From: an uncultured virus (IMG/VR IMGVR_UViG_3300029955_000023) | Lineage: Duplodnaviria; Heunggongvirae; Uroviricota; Caudoviricetes | Direction: 5' to 3' (one strand) | DNA: 64,000 bases | Virus record (IMG/VR): IMGVR_UViG_3300029955_000023 | Notes under the pieces: generated by a model | Database searches by the model: none | Told to the model about the DNA's origin: nothing | What the model saw: only the letters and a program-made list of their open reading frames with translations | Position numbers and translations under genes: made by a program | Part shown: piece after piece, positions 1-10,240 of the stretch | How positions within the stretch are numbered: position 1 is the stretch's first letter | How the letters are laid out: each line of letters opens with the position of its first letter

Positions 1-1057
1 CGTAGGCTGTTTTTACGCCTTCGCCGAGGCTGTCGCCGTAGACTTGGGCGTTCGAGGAAACCGGCGTCGTCTTGGGCGGGCCGCTCCCCGCCGCGTCCCA
101 AGAAGCATTGCCGCCGCCTTTGCCGATGGCGGTGTTGGCGGCCGCGTGCGCCTTGTCTAGCGCCGCACCGTACATTGGCCCAAATTTATCGGCGTTCTGC
201 CGCACGAACGCCTCGGCGTGCATGGGGTCATCAACAGCCATCGCGTCGGTGCGGGAAATGTAGTTTTTGGCGACCGTCTCCTGAACGGATTTGAACGTCT
301 TGTCGTAATCCGCGCCAAGCTGGGCTTTGACCGTTGGGTCTTGAATGCGCGCCCACGCCTCATCTGGCTTCGTCAACGCGCGCGCTTCAATGGCTGCGCT
401 CCATGCAGCGTATGTTTTTTGTTCTATTTCTTGTTGAACCTCCGGTTGATCCCATAAGCCTTTTTGCTGCGCATCAGATTTCAGGGCCATTCCGGCGCGG
501 TGTCTGGCAACTTCTGCGTTTTTCCACCAAAATGTCGGGCTGTTAGGATCGGAATTTCCGCCGGACCCAGCCGTCGTCGCCATGCTGATCGCGTTACCGA
601 AACGGTCCATATTGATTTTGTTCGCGACCACCTTGCCCTGGTCGACGAAATGCGTGTCGAGGTTCCCTCGAATGAAGCGGTTGAAAAATGACGTAACCCT
701 TTCGTCGTATCGGGATTGCGAGTCAAGCGAATCTAGTTTGATGCGATACTTCTCCCTGATCGCATCAAGGTTTGCGAGAATGGACTTTTGCGCATCAAGC
801 GCGTCTTGCCCTTCAAGAGATTTCGCGTGGACAAGAAGGTCGGACGCTTCCTTTTCCGCGTTGTTGCTCATGTCCTGACTTTGGACATTTCCCCAAAACT
901 TGCTGAGATCGACCGCGCCAGCGCCGGCCTTTTCCGCGCCCTGCGCAATCGCTCCACCGAAGGATGACGGATTGGCCTCGATGTGCTGGTAGTCGTCGGG
1001 CGGACGGGCATCCGGCTGAACGTCGTCCGCGCCTCCGGCGTAAGGGACTTGGGCCAT
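1..1057 (-). CDS. Large internal virion/ejection protein, N-terminal part (runs off the window start)
   Basis: Manually translated open frame from ATG 1057 (TGATG overlap with upstream gene): MAQVPYAGGADDVQPDARPPDDYQHIEANPSSFGGAIAQG...QVYGDSLGEGVKTAY. Position follows the nozzle, GNAT and small ejection genes. Confidence 0.75.
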   Translation of the reverse strand, partial: MAQVPYAGGADDVQPDARPPDDYQHIEANPSSFGGAIAQGAEKAGAGAVDLSKFWGNVQSQDMSNNAEKEASDLLVHAKSLEGQDALDAQKSILANLDAIREKYRIKLDSLDSQSRYDERVTSFFNRFIRGNLDTHFVDQGKVVANKINMDRFGNAISMATTAGSGGNSDPNSPTFWWKNAEVARHRAGMALKSDAQQKGLWDQPEVQQEIEQKTYAAWSAAIEARALTKPDEAWARIQDPTVKAQLGADYDKTFKSVQETVAKNYISRTDAMAVDDPMHAEAFVRQNADKFGPMYGAALDKAHAAANTAIGKGGGNASWDAAGSGPPKTTPVSSNAQVYGDSLGEGVKTAY

Positions 1058-1638
1058 CAGATACCAACCCCGCCACTCGCGACATAATCAGAGCCAATAG
1101 CGCCGTTCGCCGCCGGGGCCGCCGCGCCAGTCCAGTTCAGCCCCTTGAAGCCGATGGCTGACGCGCCGGACAACATGCTTCCGGTAGCGCCTATCGCCGC
1201 CCCGATGGGAGCTTCGGCCGCTGTCGCCTGGTCGAGCCCGGCCTGCGCCTCGAAGCCGGTCGCCTGGGTCTGATAGCCATAGGCCTGCAGCTCGGCGTTG
1301 TTCGCTATGGTCTCCTGGTCCAACTGGCCCTTCTCGCGCGTCCCGGATTCGACATCTTTCGCCGAGCCGGTATTCACGTCCACGTTGTTCGCGGCGAGCG
1401 CCGTCTTGACCATGCCGCCCTCCTCGGCGGCTTTCAGTCCGGCCTGCTCCTGCTTCGCCTGCCCGGCTTGCAGCGCGTAGGTGGCGTTCTGCTTGGCGAT
1501 CTGCGCGTTGTTCTGCGCCACCTGCGCCTGGTAGGACGCGGCGTTGCCTGCCGCGATACCGCCCAGCACCGAGCCGCCGGCCGAGACGGCGGTTCCGATC
1601 AAGCCCAGAACCGGGGCGGCGGCAGCGAGGATCGCCAT
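1057..1638 (-). CDS. Small internal virion (ejection) protein, T7 gp14-like position
   Basis: Ala/Gly/Gln-rich, hydrophobic N-terminus, ALAANNVDVNTGSAKDV motif typical of podovirus ejection proteins; synteny. Confidence 0.7.
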   Translation of the reverse strand: MAILAAAAPVLGLIGTAVSAGGSVLGGIAAGNAASYQAQVAQNNAQIAKQNATYALQAGQAKQEQAGLKAAEEGGMVKTALAANNVDVNTGSAKDVESGTREKGQLDQETIANNAELQAYGYQTQATGFEAQAGLDQATAAEAPIGAAIGATGSMLSGASAIGFKGLNWTGAAAPAANGAIGSDYVASGGVGI

Positions 1639-2178
1639 TCAGTCCGCCTCCGATCGATAGGCCATCGGGATCATGAAGCTGGTCCCTACTGTAATTCTCA
1701 AATCAGCATTACCCGCGATTTCGCGCGCGAGCAATTGCCGACCCTCGCGGGTTTCCGCCGGGCCTTCCCAAAGACAGCCGATAGCTTGAAAGCCGAGAAA
1801 GATCGCCAGCCGCAGCGACGCCTCGTCGCCCTCGAAGATCGACGCGCGCAGTTCGCGCCGGGTTCGCATCAGTCCGGCAATCTGGCGGCGCGCTTCGACG
1901 ATCACAGCTTTGGGATGGCGGGTCGCTTCCTCGGACAGCGCCAGCCAGACCATGCCCTCACCGTTCATCAGCGTGCCGGTCACGCCGCCGACCGCCGCCA
2001 CTTTGCCGTCGATCAGCCACGCCTTGCGAAAAGCGGATTGCTCAAAGCAGTCGATCAATTCGTGGTGCGGCTTCGCGGCGGCGGTCAGCAGCGCCGCGAG
2101 ATAGTCTCGGCGCATCACGCGCGCCATCTGCCCGCAATGAAACCGCTTGGCCTCCACGATCTCGAAGCGCGGGGTCAT
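1639..2178 (-). CDS. GNAT-fold virion-associated protein (T7 gp13-like)
   Basis: GKVAAVGG...VWLAL...SLRLAIFLGF pattern; lies directly downstream of the nozzle gene. Confidence 0.6.
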   Translation of the reverse strand: MTPRFEIVEAKRFHCGQMARVMRRDYLAALLTAAAKPHHELIDCFEQSAFRKAWLIDGKVAAVGGVTGTLMNGEGMVWLALSEEATRHPKAVIVEARRQIAGLMRTRRELRASIFEGDEASLRLAIFLGFQAIGCLWEGPAETREGRQLLAREIAGNADLRITVGTSFMIPMAYRSEAD

Positions 2179-5100
2179 TGGCCGCCTCCGCCGCGCTTCT
2201 GCGGAGCTTGCATTTGCGGCGTGTCGCCGCTCAAGAGTTCACTGTAAATCGCCACCACGTTCGCAGGCAGAGGGTTGTCCTGCTGAATCGCAAGCTGTCC
2301 TGGCGTGACCGTGCCGCCCGCGAGCGCCGTCCGCACGTCGCCTGTGCGCAACGGCGTGCAAAGCGCGTTGTAGGGAACCGGCGGGAAATTCGGCGTTCCT
2401 GGCCCGCTATCTGGCAATGGGTTCATGTCCTTCCACGGCACGGCGATCTGCGGCGGGCTCAACGACGATCCGTCGCGCTGGTTCGAGCCGACCTTCACGC
2501 CGCGCGAGGCGTCGAGCCGCAACGTCGTCGCGGTCAATTTCTTGCGCTGGCCCTGCACCGTCGGAGCGCCGGTGTCGACAGGCACGTCCTGCGCCTGCGC
2601 CTGGAAACCGAGGCCCACCACGATGGCGGAGGCCGGCGTCGCCAGCGTGATTGTACCTACCGCGCTAACCACCGTAGGCGGAATCACGTTGCCGTCGGCG
2701 AGCCCCGTCACGGTTGCGCCCACCAAGTGCCGCATCCCACTGACGGTCGATGTCGGCGTCGTCTTGGTCCACTGGCCGGAAAGTATCGGCGCGAGCGGGC
2801 CGCCGGACGCGGATGTCACATCGACGAATGGGACGAGGACGTTCGCGATAACCTGTGTCGAGGACTGAAAGGCTGTGATGACCGCGATACCGCCGGCCGC
2901 GCGAACGACGGACCCAATGTCGGCGTTCGAGAATACAGGGGCTGACGCATTCAGCGTCGTGGCGTTGTTCAGAATCAGCCGTGCGCTCGCGCCGGAGCCG
3001 CCCGCGCTGCCGGCGGGATCATTGATAATGAGCAACGGTTGCGTATAGGCCGCGCCTTGGCTGACCGGGAACGAAACGCCCGTAAGCGCCCCCCCGGCGA
3101 ACGTCAGCACAGGAACGGCTCCCGCGCCTGGCCCCTCAAACTGATCCACCACCGTCCCGGTTGTGGCCGCCGAATAGCCGGAGCCGCCGACGATCCGCGT
3201 TGCGCCAGTCAAGCTCCCGAGCCCCATCGGCGAGCTAACGGTCAGTGTCGCAGCCGGCTCCGGTTGCGGATAGGAGAGGCCGCAATCGACAGCCCAGACC
3301 GATTCAGCCGTTGACCAGATGCGATTGTCCATGCGCTCGATCATGTAGGCTGTGTTCGCGGCGATCGTGCGCTTGGTCGCGAAATAGGCCGCGTTGACCG
3401 GCGGTTCGAGCACCGAGCAACAGCCGACGAACTGACCCTGCGTGTCGTGCCGCGCCCAGCCCTGCACCTTCTGCGTCTTGTAATAGGTGAGCGACAATAA
3501 GGCGCCATCGCTCCGCGCAGACCAGATAAGCCGGTAAGGCTTCTCGCAATAGGCGTTTGCGACGACGCTGTACCCCGAAAACAAGTGGGCGGACACGTCG
3601 GTCAGGTCTATCGGCTCCGACAGCGCGTATAGCTGATATGGCAAATCGTAATAATAGACGTTGTTCGGATCGACATAGAGCACATCGAAATTGATGAGAA
3701 GAGGCTGAATCAGTGGCGACGAGCCGGTGAACGCCTGCGGCACGTCGTTCTGGTTCGAGGGAGAGATCGGCTGCACATTCGTCGCAAACGAGCCAGAGCC
3801 AACCAGCATCCAGGCGCGCAACCCGGTCATCACGAGCAGGCCGCCCGAAGTCTGGATCATCCATTGCACGCCATTGACTTGCACTGCCCACGGAGAACCA
3901 GTGACGGCGTCCGAGGCGATGGTCGGATTGCGCACATCAAAATTAGTGAACGCACCCGGCTGCGAAAAGAAATAAGTGTCAGGGTTGTTCAACGTATTTG
4001 CGTAGCCGCGCCGCTCTTGGAAATAGGCAGGCAAAGATGGGTATGTGCCGGACTGCGGTCCTACTTGAAGCGTCAGCGCGGCTCCTGTTCCGTCTCCGGT
4101 GACGCTGATCGTGTCGCCGGCGTTATAATTCATGCCTTCGTCCTGAACGATGGCCCCGGTCACGCCGCCGTTGGATATGATCGCGCTGAGATTGCCTCCT
4201 GTCCCTGTCGCCGACGTAATACTTAACGTCGCTGTCGTATATCCGGTCCCGGTGGAAACCGCCGTCGCGCCAGTGATGACGCCGCGCGCGAATGGGTTCG
4301 CGTGCGTCGGGGGGGATTGCGAGAAGTCCGCCGTGATGTTGCTATCAACAAAAGAATTTCCGTAAGTGAAACCCGCATACCCAAATTGTGCGCCAGACTG
4401 GACGGGGGCTCCGTACCCCGGCAGCGCCTTGTAGACATAATATTCTTGCACGCCCGCAACCGGAGTCCAAGAAACCGTAATCGACCCAGCCGTCGAAGCG
4501 ACGTCTACCGCATTCGAGATTTTTGCTATCGGCGACGCGATGCTCTCTGTTCCGTCGGCTGGATTGATCGACGTGACGACATATTCGTAATTGACGCTCC
4601 CCGCAGCCGTGTAAACCCCCGATGTTGTCGCGGGCGGCAGAACAGAAGGCGCGGGAACGGTTGGAGAAAACGACCAATTCGTGTCCGAATTTCGCGTCAG
4701 GTCTTGAGGGACGTATTCCGTCGCGGTTGCTGTGTTCACGCAGCAGATCGACATGGCGTCCGCAGACTCAACGATTTTCAAGTAGGGAAGATCAGTCTCG
4801 GCGTAAGGCGTCGCCAACGTGTAAATGCGCGAGACGGTCCCGCCGCCAGTATAAGCGGCGAAAGACGTGGCGTCGACGGGGTTGCCGAAAACGTCGTAGA
4901 TCGTCAAAACATTCGAGACGATAGAATTAATGACGAAGGTCTCTCCATTGAACGGCGTCGCTCCCCCAACGCCAGAAATATAAATCCAATCTCCCGCGTT
5001 CAACGGCGGCGGAACCGACGTCGATGTTAGGTTGAACTTGGCGCCAACGCCGGAACCGCTAGTCGACGCCTGACTCACGGGATTGGTCGGCAGCGTCGAG

Positions 5101-6104
5101 TATTGTCCCGCGTTAGAAACGTAAACCGTGTTCGGCGCAAAAACGCCGGAGCAAACCAACCCGGTCCCACTTCCGCTCGTCGAGGCCTGCGTCAGCGCCC
5201 CAGCGGCGGGGTTCACCGTGTATGCGCCGCCTGATGTCACACTGATTGCATTGGCTCCCATTAGGATGCTGACGGTAGCTCCGGTTAACCCTCCTCCGGT
5301 GACAGGCTCGGCAGTCAACAAGGCTGGGTTGGTTGTGTAGCTGCCGGCCACAAGCACAGAATTGATGGAAGAAATAGCGCCACCACCGCTGACCGTTACA
5401 GAAAGCTGAAATCGCGTTCCTGTTCCCGTGGTCCCGGTGACAATCTGAGTCCCCGGCGTCCCACCCGATCCCGCCGCGACTACCGTCGGCGTTCCCGAAA
5501 CCTGCGTCGCCGCGATGGCTCCGCCCGCAGCGGATGAGTGCGTGCCGCCAGCGAAAACGACGGTATCGCCGGGGACGTATCCATGGCCGGGCGTCGAAGG
5601 ATAGGCGGACGAGACCGCCGTATTGGTCACGTTCACCACCGCCTGCGTTACATAGGTTCCGCCCGCGAGCGTGATCGTTTCGCCTGTGTTGTAGGAAACG
5701 ACGACACCAGCATTCAAAGCCGTCGCAGTCGATACGCCAAGAACATTATTGACGGTAATGGTCGCTGGATTGGCTAACGAAATGGCGGATATGCCAACAG
5801 GGACTTCGGTAACGAATGCCCCATTCGAAACGGCCCGCATGTAAAAGTTGCCAAATTCCAGCCCGAGGCCTTGATTATTCGAGAACTGAAACTCAATCAG
5901 TCGTGGCGGATAGCCGCGGCCCGTCTGCTTCGAGTATCCAACGAACGCCGTTCCAGCGCGGCTGCTGATGCCGCCGACGTAAGACACAAAGAAATTGCGG
6001 CACGTCGAGAGCGCCGAGTGATAGCGATCCACGTCCTGCCGGCCCATCATGGCCGGGGATATTTCTCCTGTCGTGAATGCGTTTTTACTTATTGCGACAG
6101 CCAT
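2175..6104 (-). CDS. Tail nozzle / tail tubular protein B with large beta-rich insertions
   Basis: N-terminal FTTGEISP...RQDVDRY...NFFV..GG...RAGT, YPS...FQERR and GWARHDT motifs of the T7 gp12/P22 gp10-like family. Likely start MAVAISKN at 6104. Confidence 0.85.
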   Translation of the reverse strand: MAVAISKNAFTTGEISPAMMGRQDVDRYHSALSTCRNFFVSYVGGISSRAGTAFVGYSKQTGRGYPPRLIEFQFSNNQGLGLEFGNFYMRAVSNGAFVTEVPVGISAISLANPATITVNNVLGVSTATALNAGVVVSYNTGETITLAGGTYVTQAVVNVTNTAVSSAYPSTPGHGYVPGDTVVFAGGTHSSAAGGAIAATQVSGTPTVVAAGSGGTPGTQIVTGTTGTGTRFQLSVTVSGGGAISSINSVLVAGSYTTNPALLTAEPVTGGGLTGATVSILMGANAISVTSGGAYTVNPAAGALTQASTSGSGTGLVCSGVFAPNTVYVSNAGQYSTLPTNPVSQASTSGSGVGAKFNLTSTSVPPPLNAGDWIYISGVGGATPFNGETFVINSIVSNVLTIYDVFGNPVDATSFAAYTGGGTVSRIYTLATPYAETDLPYLKIVESADAMSICCVNTATATEYVPQDLTRNSDTNWSFSPTVPAPSVLPPATTSGVYTAAGSVNYEYVVTSINPADGTESIASPIAKISNAVDVASTAGSITVSWTPVAGVQEYYVYKALPGYGAPVQSGAQFGYAGFTYGNSFVDSNITADFSQSPPTHANPFARGVITGATAVSTGTGYTTATLSITSATGTGGNLSAIISNGGVTGAIVQDEGMNYNAGDTISVTGDGTGAALTLQVGPQSGTYPSLPAYFQERRGYANTLNNPDTYFFSQPGAFTNFDVRNPTIASDAVTGSPWAVQVNGVQWMIQTSGGLLVMTGLRAWMLVGSGSFATNVQPISPSNQNDVPQAFTGSSPLIQPLLINFDVLYVDPNNVYYYDLPYQLYALSEPIDLTDVSAHLFSGYSVVANAYCEKPYRLIWSARSDGALLSLTYYKTQKVQGWARHDTQGQFVGCCSVLEPPVNAAYFATKRTIAANTAYMIERMDNRIWSTAESVWAVDCGLSYPQPEPAATLTVSSPMGLGSLTGATRIVGGSGYSAATTGTVVDQFEGPGAGAVPVLTFAGGALTGVSFPVSQGAAYTQPLLIINDPAGSAGGSGASARLILNNATTLNASAPVFSNADIGSVVRAAGGIAVITAFQSSTQVIANVLVPFVDVTSASGGPLAPILSGQWTKTTPTSTVSGMRHLVGATVTGLADGNVIPPTVVSAVGTITLATPASAIVVGLGFQAQAQDVPVDTGAPTVQGQRKKLTATTLRLDASRGVKVGSNQRDGSSLSPPQIAVPWKDMNPLPDSGPGTPNFPPVPYNALCTPLRTGDVRTALAGGTVTPGQLAIQQDNPLPANVVAIYSELLSGDTPQMQAPQKRGGGGQ

Positions 6105-7012
6105 CAGTAAGCACTCGTGTTCCCTACCCCACAGCACGCATCGCAGCCGCTGTAGAGCATCCCATAGCCGCCGTCGCCGAGCGCGCCGATAGCTTGACTG
6201 TAACCGCCCATGTAGCCGCCGCCGACATTGCGAAAGCGCATCCAGTCAGGAACGAAATCGCTGTTGTGCCACCCTTCATTTCCATCGGTAACGCGCGCCG
6301 CCATGATCTTCGCAGCCGCGATCTTCATGTTGTCCTGCCTCATCGCCATACCCATCTTAGGATTGTTCTTCCACGACCATAGCGGAAGGGCGATCTCCGA
6401 AGCGAGATAGGCGACGAACGCCGCGCGAAACTGCGCATCCCAATTCGAGGGATAATTCATCAGCGCGGTATAGACGATAGATGCGCACGGCACGTTCGTC
6501 AGGATTACGCTGCGGCCTTGCGGCGACACGCCCTGCACTTCCCACGTCAGCGCGCCAGCCTGCGCGGGATAATTCGTATCAGTGGCTTCGAGCCAGCGCG
6601 CGGGACGAAGCTGCGCGCCGGGGACCGGGCTACCGAGGCCGCCGACAAGCGGAGATGTTGGGTTCGACGGCGTAATATTGCCGGGCGGGACCACGCTATT
6701 GCCGCCCGTCGGCGACCACGGCACGAACCGCGCCTTCATGCAGTCGTTCGGATAGGCGTATTCGTAGGTCCACGGCGCTATGACCTGCGTGGGCGTGTCC
6801 GGCGTCTGACCGGAGGCGTCGGCGAGAAGCAGGAGTGGGGTTTGCTTGCGAGCAAAATTCCAATGTACAGCGCGAAGCAACTGACGAAGGCATTGGCTGT
6901 AGGCGCGCAAAAGCACCTGCGCGGGCTTCGTTCCTTCTTGCAAGTCGCCTATTGTGAAATCCAGACCTATCGCGTCAAGGGCCTGGTTCGCTACATCAGC
7001 GGGCAAGTTCAT
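6104..7012 (-). CDS. Tail tubular protein A / head-tail adaptor, paralogue 3
   Basis: DVANQALDAIG...HWNFARK...YEYAYPNDC...WDAQFRAAFVAYLASEIA. Confidence 0.75.
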   Translation of the reverse strand: MNLPADVANQALDAIGLDFTIGDLQEGTKPAQVLLRAYSQCLRQLLRAVHWNFARKQTPLLLLADASGQTPDTPTQVIAPWTYEYAYPNDCMKARFVPWSPTGGNSVVPPGNITPSNPTSPLVGGLGSPVPGAQLRPARWLEATDTNYPAQAGALTWEVQGVSPQGRSVILTNVPCASIVYTALMNYPSNWDAQFRAAFVAYLASEIALPLWSWKNNPKMGMAMRQDNMKIAAAKIMAARVTDGNEGWHNSDFVPDWMRFRNVGGGYMGGYSQAIGALGDGGYGMLYSGCDACCGVGNTSAY

Positions 7013-7015
7013 GGC

Positions 7016-7630
7016 TTACCCCTGCTCTTTCTCTGCGACGCCGAAGGCGGCTTGCTCGTCGGCGGCGAGCGGTTGCAGCGCCTTGAGACCCACCAGCACC
7101 GGCGCGAGCCGCCGCCCTAGCGCCGCCGCGAACGATTCCACGGTGTCGACATCCCATGCCGTCAGATCGGTCACTTGCGCCGTATAGACCATAATCGCGT
7201 TCGGCACATTGCACAGGATTACCTGCTGCACAGGATTGTAGGTATTGTCGTTCGCCGTGGTGTAAACGACCGGCTGCGGATCAAAGTCCATGACAAAGAT
7301 CGCTTGCGGCTTAATCGCGCGCACTTTGAGACAATCCGCAGGATAGGCGTATTCGAACAGATAGGGCAGCGCGGGATAGGCGTTCGACCACACGGCGGGC
7401 GGGATATAGCCGCCGTCCGGGGCTTGTTTTAGCAGCGTCATGGAGATCGATCGCTCGGCGAAATCGAAATCGTCTTGGCGGAGGAGTTCGTCGCGGGTCT
7501 GCGCGTAAATGCGCAAACTAACCCGCGCGGCCTCTGACCCGTCATAGAGCGAGCCAATCGGCATTTTATAGCCGATGCGCGCGAGGCTCATGTTCACGAG
7601 ATCAGCAGGCGTCTGAATCGACGAAGGCAT
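7016..7630 (-). CDS. Tail tubular protein A / head-tail adaptor, paralogue 2
   Basis: DLVNMSLARIG...TRDELLR...FDFAER...FEYAYPADCLKVR...FAAALGRRLA. Confidence 0.75.
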   Translation of the reverse strand: MPSSIQTPADLVNMSLARIGYKMPIGSLYDGSEAARVSLRIYAQTRDELLRQDDFDFAERSISMTLLKQAPDGGYIPPAVWSNAYPALPYLFEYAYPADCLKVRAIKPQAIFVMDFDPQPVVYTTANDNTYNPVQQVILCNVPNAIMVYTAQVTDLTAWDVDTVESFAAALGRRLAPVLVGLKALQPLAADEQAAFGVAEKEQG

Positions 7631-8199
7631 TATCCCATCCTACCTTCGGCGATTGTCTCAAACGCGCCGCCGGAGTTCAAGTAAGATTCCGCCGTGTCAG
7701 GGCGCCCGTAGAGCGCCATCGCGACCTCGGACGCCAGCAGGCGCACCATCGCCTCCCGGAACCCAACATCCCAAGTCGCCTCACTCGGCGCGTTGTTCAC
7801 GATGGCCTGCGCTCCTGCGAGGCTCGACCAGATCACCTTGGTCTGCACGCTTGCGACCGTCGTGTTGCCGATAGACCAATTCTGCGGCAGCGGGTTATTC
7901 GGATCGGCGAGCGCGGGCGGTTGCACCTGCATCACTTCGATGGCGGCGGCCGGATAGACATATTCGTAGGCCCAACCCAACGGCGGGGGGTTGCCGGTCA
8001 GCGCCAGCGTGAACACACTGCGCGCGAAATCCCAGCCGTGCTGCTTGGCGACGGTCTGGTAGCATGGCAGGTAGAGGCGTGAGAGAGCTTGCCCGGCGGC
8101 GGACGAGTCGAACGTCGGAGCCTGGCCTAAAACGGGCGGCAAATTGTCGCCAATCAAGGCAAGCGACTGGTTTGCTACGTCGTTTGAAGTGATTCCCAT
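7630..8199 (-). CDS. Tail tubular protein A / head-tail adaptor, paralogue 1
   Basis: DVANQSLALIG...HGWDFAR...WAYEYVYP...WDVGFREAMVRLLASEVA. Confidence 0.75.
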   Translation of the reverse strand: MGITSNDVANQSLALIGDNLPPVLGQAPTFDSSAAGQALSRLYLPCYQTVAKQHGWDFARSVFTLALTGNPPPLGWAYEYVYPAAAIEVMQVQPPALADPNNPLPQNWSIGNTTVASVQTKVIWSSLAGAQAIVNNAPSEATWDVGFREAMVRLLASEVAMALYGRPDTAESYLNSGGAFETIAEGRMG

Positions 8200-8294
8200 T
8201 GTGACCACCATAGGCGCGGATAACGGTCGTCAGATGAACGCCGCGGCGTCCGCTATCTTTGGCTTGGGCACGCTATCCCCAAATGCAATTGACC

Positions 8295-10028
8295 TCAGCT
8301 ACGTCGGAAATCGACCCAACCCGCCGTCGACAAGTTCATGCTCGATCCGGCAGTCGCACATCGGACGCCGAGATGCGCGGATGCGTCGGTGAGCGGCATG
8401 TGAAATGCTAGCTCTACGCTGCCCGCCGACACGTCGGCGCCCGCGTTGGTCGTCGGCGACGGCGCGAGGTCCGGTTCGTCGGGGGAGACTAGATTACACG
8501 CCCCCGACGCCGCTCCGGGCGGCGTGAATCGCCCCGTCCAGGTGTTCTTAACGCCGGTCGGCGTGCTTAATGCATACAGCGTCCGCGTCGTCGTCGGCGT
8601 CAACCCATTGATGTCGAGGACCGGCGTCGTGAGCCACGCCTGTACCGAGCCGCCCGCCACCTCGTCGGCGGTGTATGGATTCGGCGCGCCCGCTCCGCTC
8701 GTCGTGAAGCTGAATATCCGACGCGTGTAGGCCTGATAACCGGATGGGCAGTTAGCCGGCAGGAACGTTCCCGGCGCGGTGCGCGAGGCGTAGGAGCCGT
8801 CGCCTGATGTGCCGTGGCAGTCGTACATGTGATACGTCGCCGACGCCGTCAGCGTCGTTCCATCGGCCGAGCCGTTGATCGCGTTGCCGTTGGTCACGGT
8901 CCACGACTTCGAGAGGGTCCAGCCGATATAAACGGTGTTGCTTTGGTCCGCCGCCGAGAGAGCGGAGATCGTCATGACGGCGGTGGTGCTAGTCCCCGAC
9001 ATGCCCGAAGGAAGTCCGCCGGTGATCGCCCAGGGCGTGATAAAGCCGTTTGGGATGCTCGCGCACTGAAACCCAACGTTTGTGACCCATTGAAGTAACT
9101 GGGAAGATGACGAGCACGAGGGCACCGACACGTCGGCCTTGTTCGCCGTCACGCCGGAGGCGTTGCCGACCACTGTGTTTCCAGCGGATTGGGCCAGACT
9201 GTCGTAGGCTATTGCATTGGCGGCGATATTGCCGTCGCCAATTGTGTTGGCGGCAATCTTCGATCCCGTCACAGCGCCGGCCGAGATCGTGGTCGCCGGA
9301 AGAGTTGAGCCAGCAAGGTCTCCGGTCAGCGTCCCCACGTTCGCCGCCGCCGCGCCGCTGGCCATCTTGCCTGACGTGACCGCGCCGCTCGCAATGGTCG
9401 TCGCCACTGTGCCTGCGGTGGACGTGACGTCGCCGGTCAGCGCGGGCATTTTCGTGGACGGAAGATTGCCGGGAATGGACGAGAATACGAGCGGGCCTCC
9501 GTCCGCGAGAAGCGTCCCACTCGTGTTATTCCATACAGCGAGGTCGCCTACCGTAGTTGTGCTCGGCCCGACCACGCCGGAGCCGGCGGTGAACGGAAAG
9601 CTGTAGGGGACGCCGTTGAGGATGAACGTAAACGGGAGCGCCGTCGCGAGGCCGCCCTTTCCATAGGACATGAGGCCGCCGCCGGCCGCGTTTGGGTCCA
9701 TACAGAAATAGTGGTAGCCCGTCGCATTGTTGGTAGGGGCGTCATACAGGCAGGCGTGTTCGCCGTTGGGGCCGTGGCCGGAATTAGCGGAAGGATAGGT
9801 ATTGGTCGGACTGCGCGAGGTTATCCCAATCTCGCCGGGGTTCGCCTTGAGACCGCCGCCGCCGGAACCGCCGCCGTCCTGCACAAGGGGCTGACTAGAG
9901 CCGGAGCCGGAATACATCGGCTGATGGCCGGGCGTGACAGGGCCTGCTTGCAAAAGAGACGACTGAGCAAGAGCAGGCGACGCCGCGACTAGGGCGACTA
10001 AGAACACCCAAAGGCGCGGAAATCGCAT
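8295..10028 (-). CDS. Fibre-like virion protein with signal-peptide-like N-terminus
   Basis: MRFPRLWVFLVALVAASPALAQ start; LTGDVT and TI.AGAVT..K fibre repeats; N-terminal ~180 aa shared with 48716-51667. Confidence 0.7.
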   Translation of the reverse strand: MRFPRLWVFLVALVAASPALAQSSLLQAGPVTPGHQPMYSGSGSSQPLVQDGGGSGGGGLKANPGEIGITSRSPTNTYPSANSGHGPNGEHACLYDAPTNNATGYHYFCMDPNAAGGGLMSYGKGGLATALPFTFILNGVPYSFPFTAGSGVVGPSTTTVGDLAVWNNTSGTLLADGGPLVFSSIPGNLPSTKMPALTGDVTSTAGTVATTIASGAVTSGKMASGAAAANVGTLTGDLAGSTLPATTISAGAVTGSKIAANTIGDGNIAANAIAYDSLAQSAGNTVVGNASGVTANKADVSVPSCSSSSQLLQWVTNVGFQCASIPNGFITPWAITGGLPSGMSGTSTTAVMTISALSAADQSNTVYIGWTLSKSWTVTNGNAINGSADGTTLTASATYHMYDCHGTSGDGSYASRTAPGTFLPANCPSGYQAYTRRIFSFTTSGAGAPNPYTADEVAGGSVQAWLTTPVLDINGLTPTTTRTLYALSTPTGVKNTWTGRFTPPGAASGACNLVSPDEPDLAPSPTTNAGADVSAGSVELAFHMPLTDASAHLGVRCATAGSSMNLSTAGWVDFRRS

Positions 10029-10053
10029 GGCCGTCTCCAAACAGGTAGGTTGA

Positions 10054-10239
10054 TTACTCGGTTCCGGCGTCGCTCGGCGGGGGCGGGGGCTCAACCGGCA
10101 TGGCGGCGATCTGCGCGATATAGAGCTTCGCGAGGTCGTGACCGGGCGTCAGAAGCTCCACCAGCTTGTTGAACTGCTCGTCGGTCAGGAACACGCCCTT
10201 GGGCGAGCGGTCCTCGTGCTGGTTCTGGAAGTGCGGCAT
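10054..10239 (-). CDS. Hypothetical protein
   Basis: MPHFQNQHEDRSPKGVFLTDEQFNKL...; tightly packed in the late operon. Confidence 0.55.
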   Translation of the reverse strand: MPHFQNQHEDRSPKGVFLTDEQFNKLVELLTPGHDLAKLYIAQIAAMPVEPPPPPSDAGTE

Positions 10240-10240
10240 G

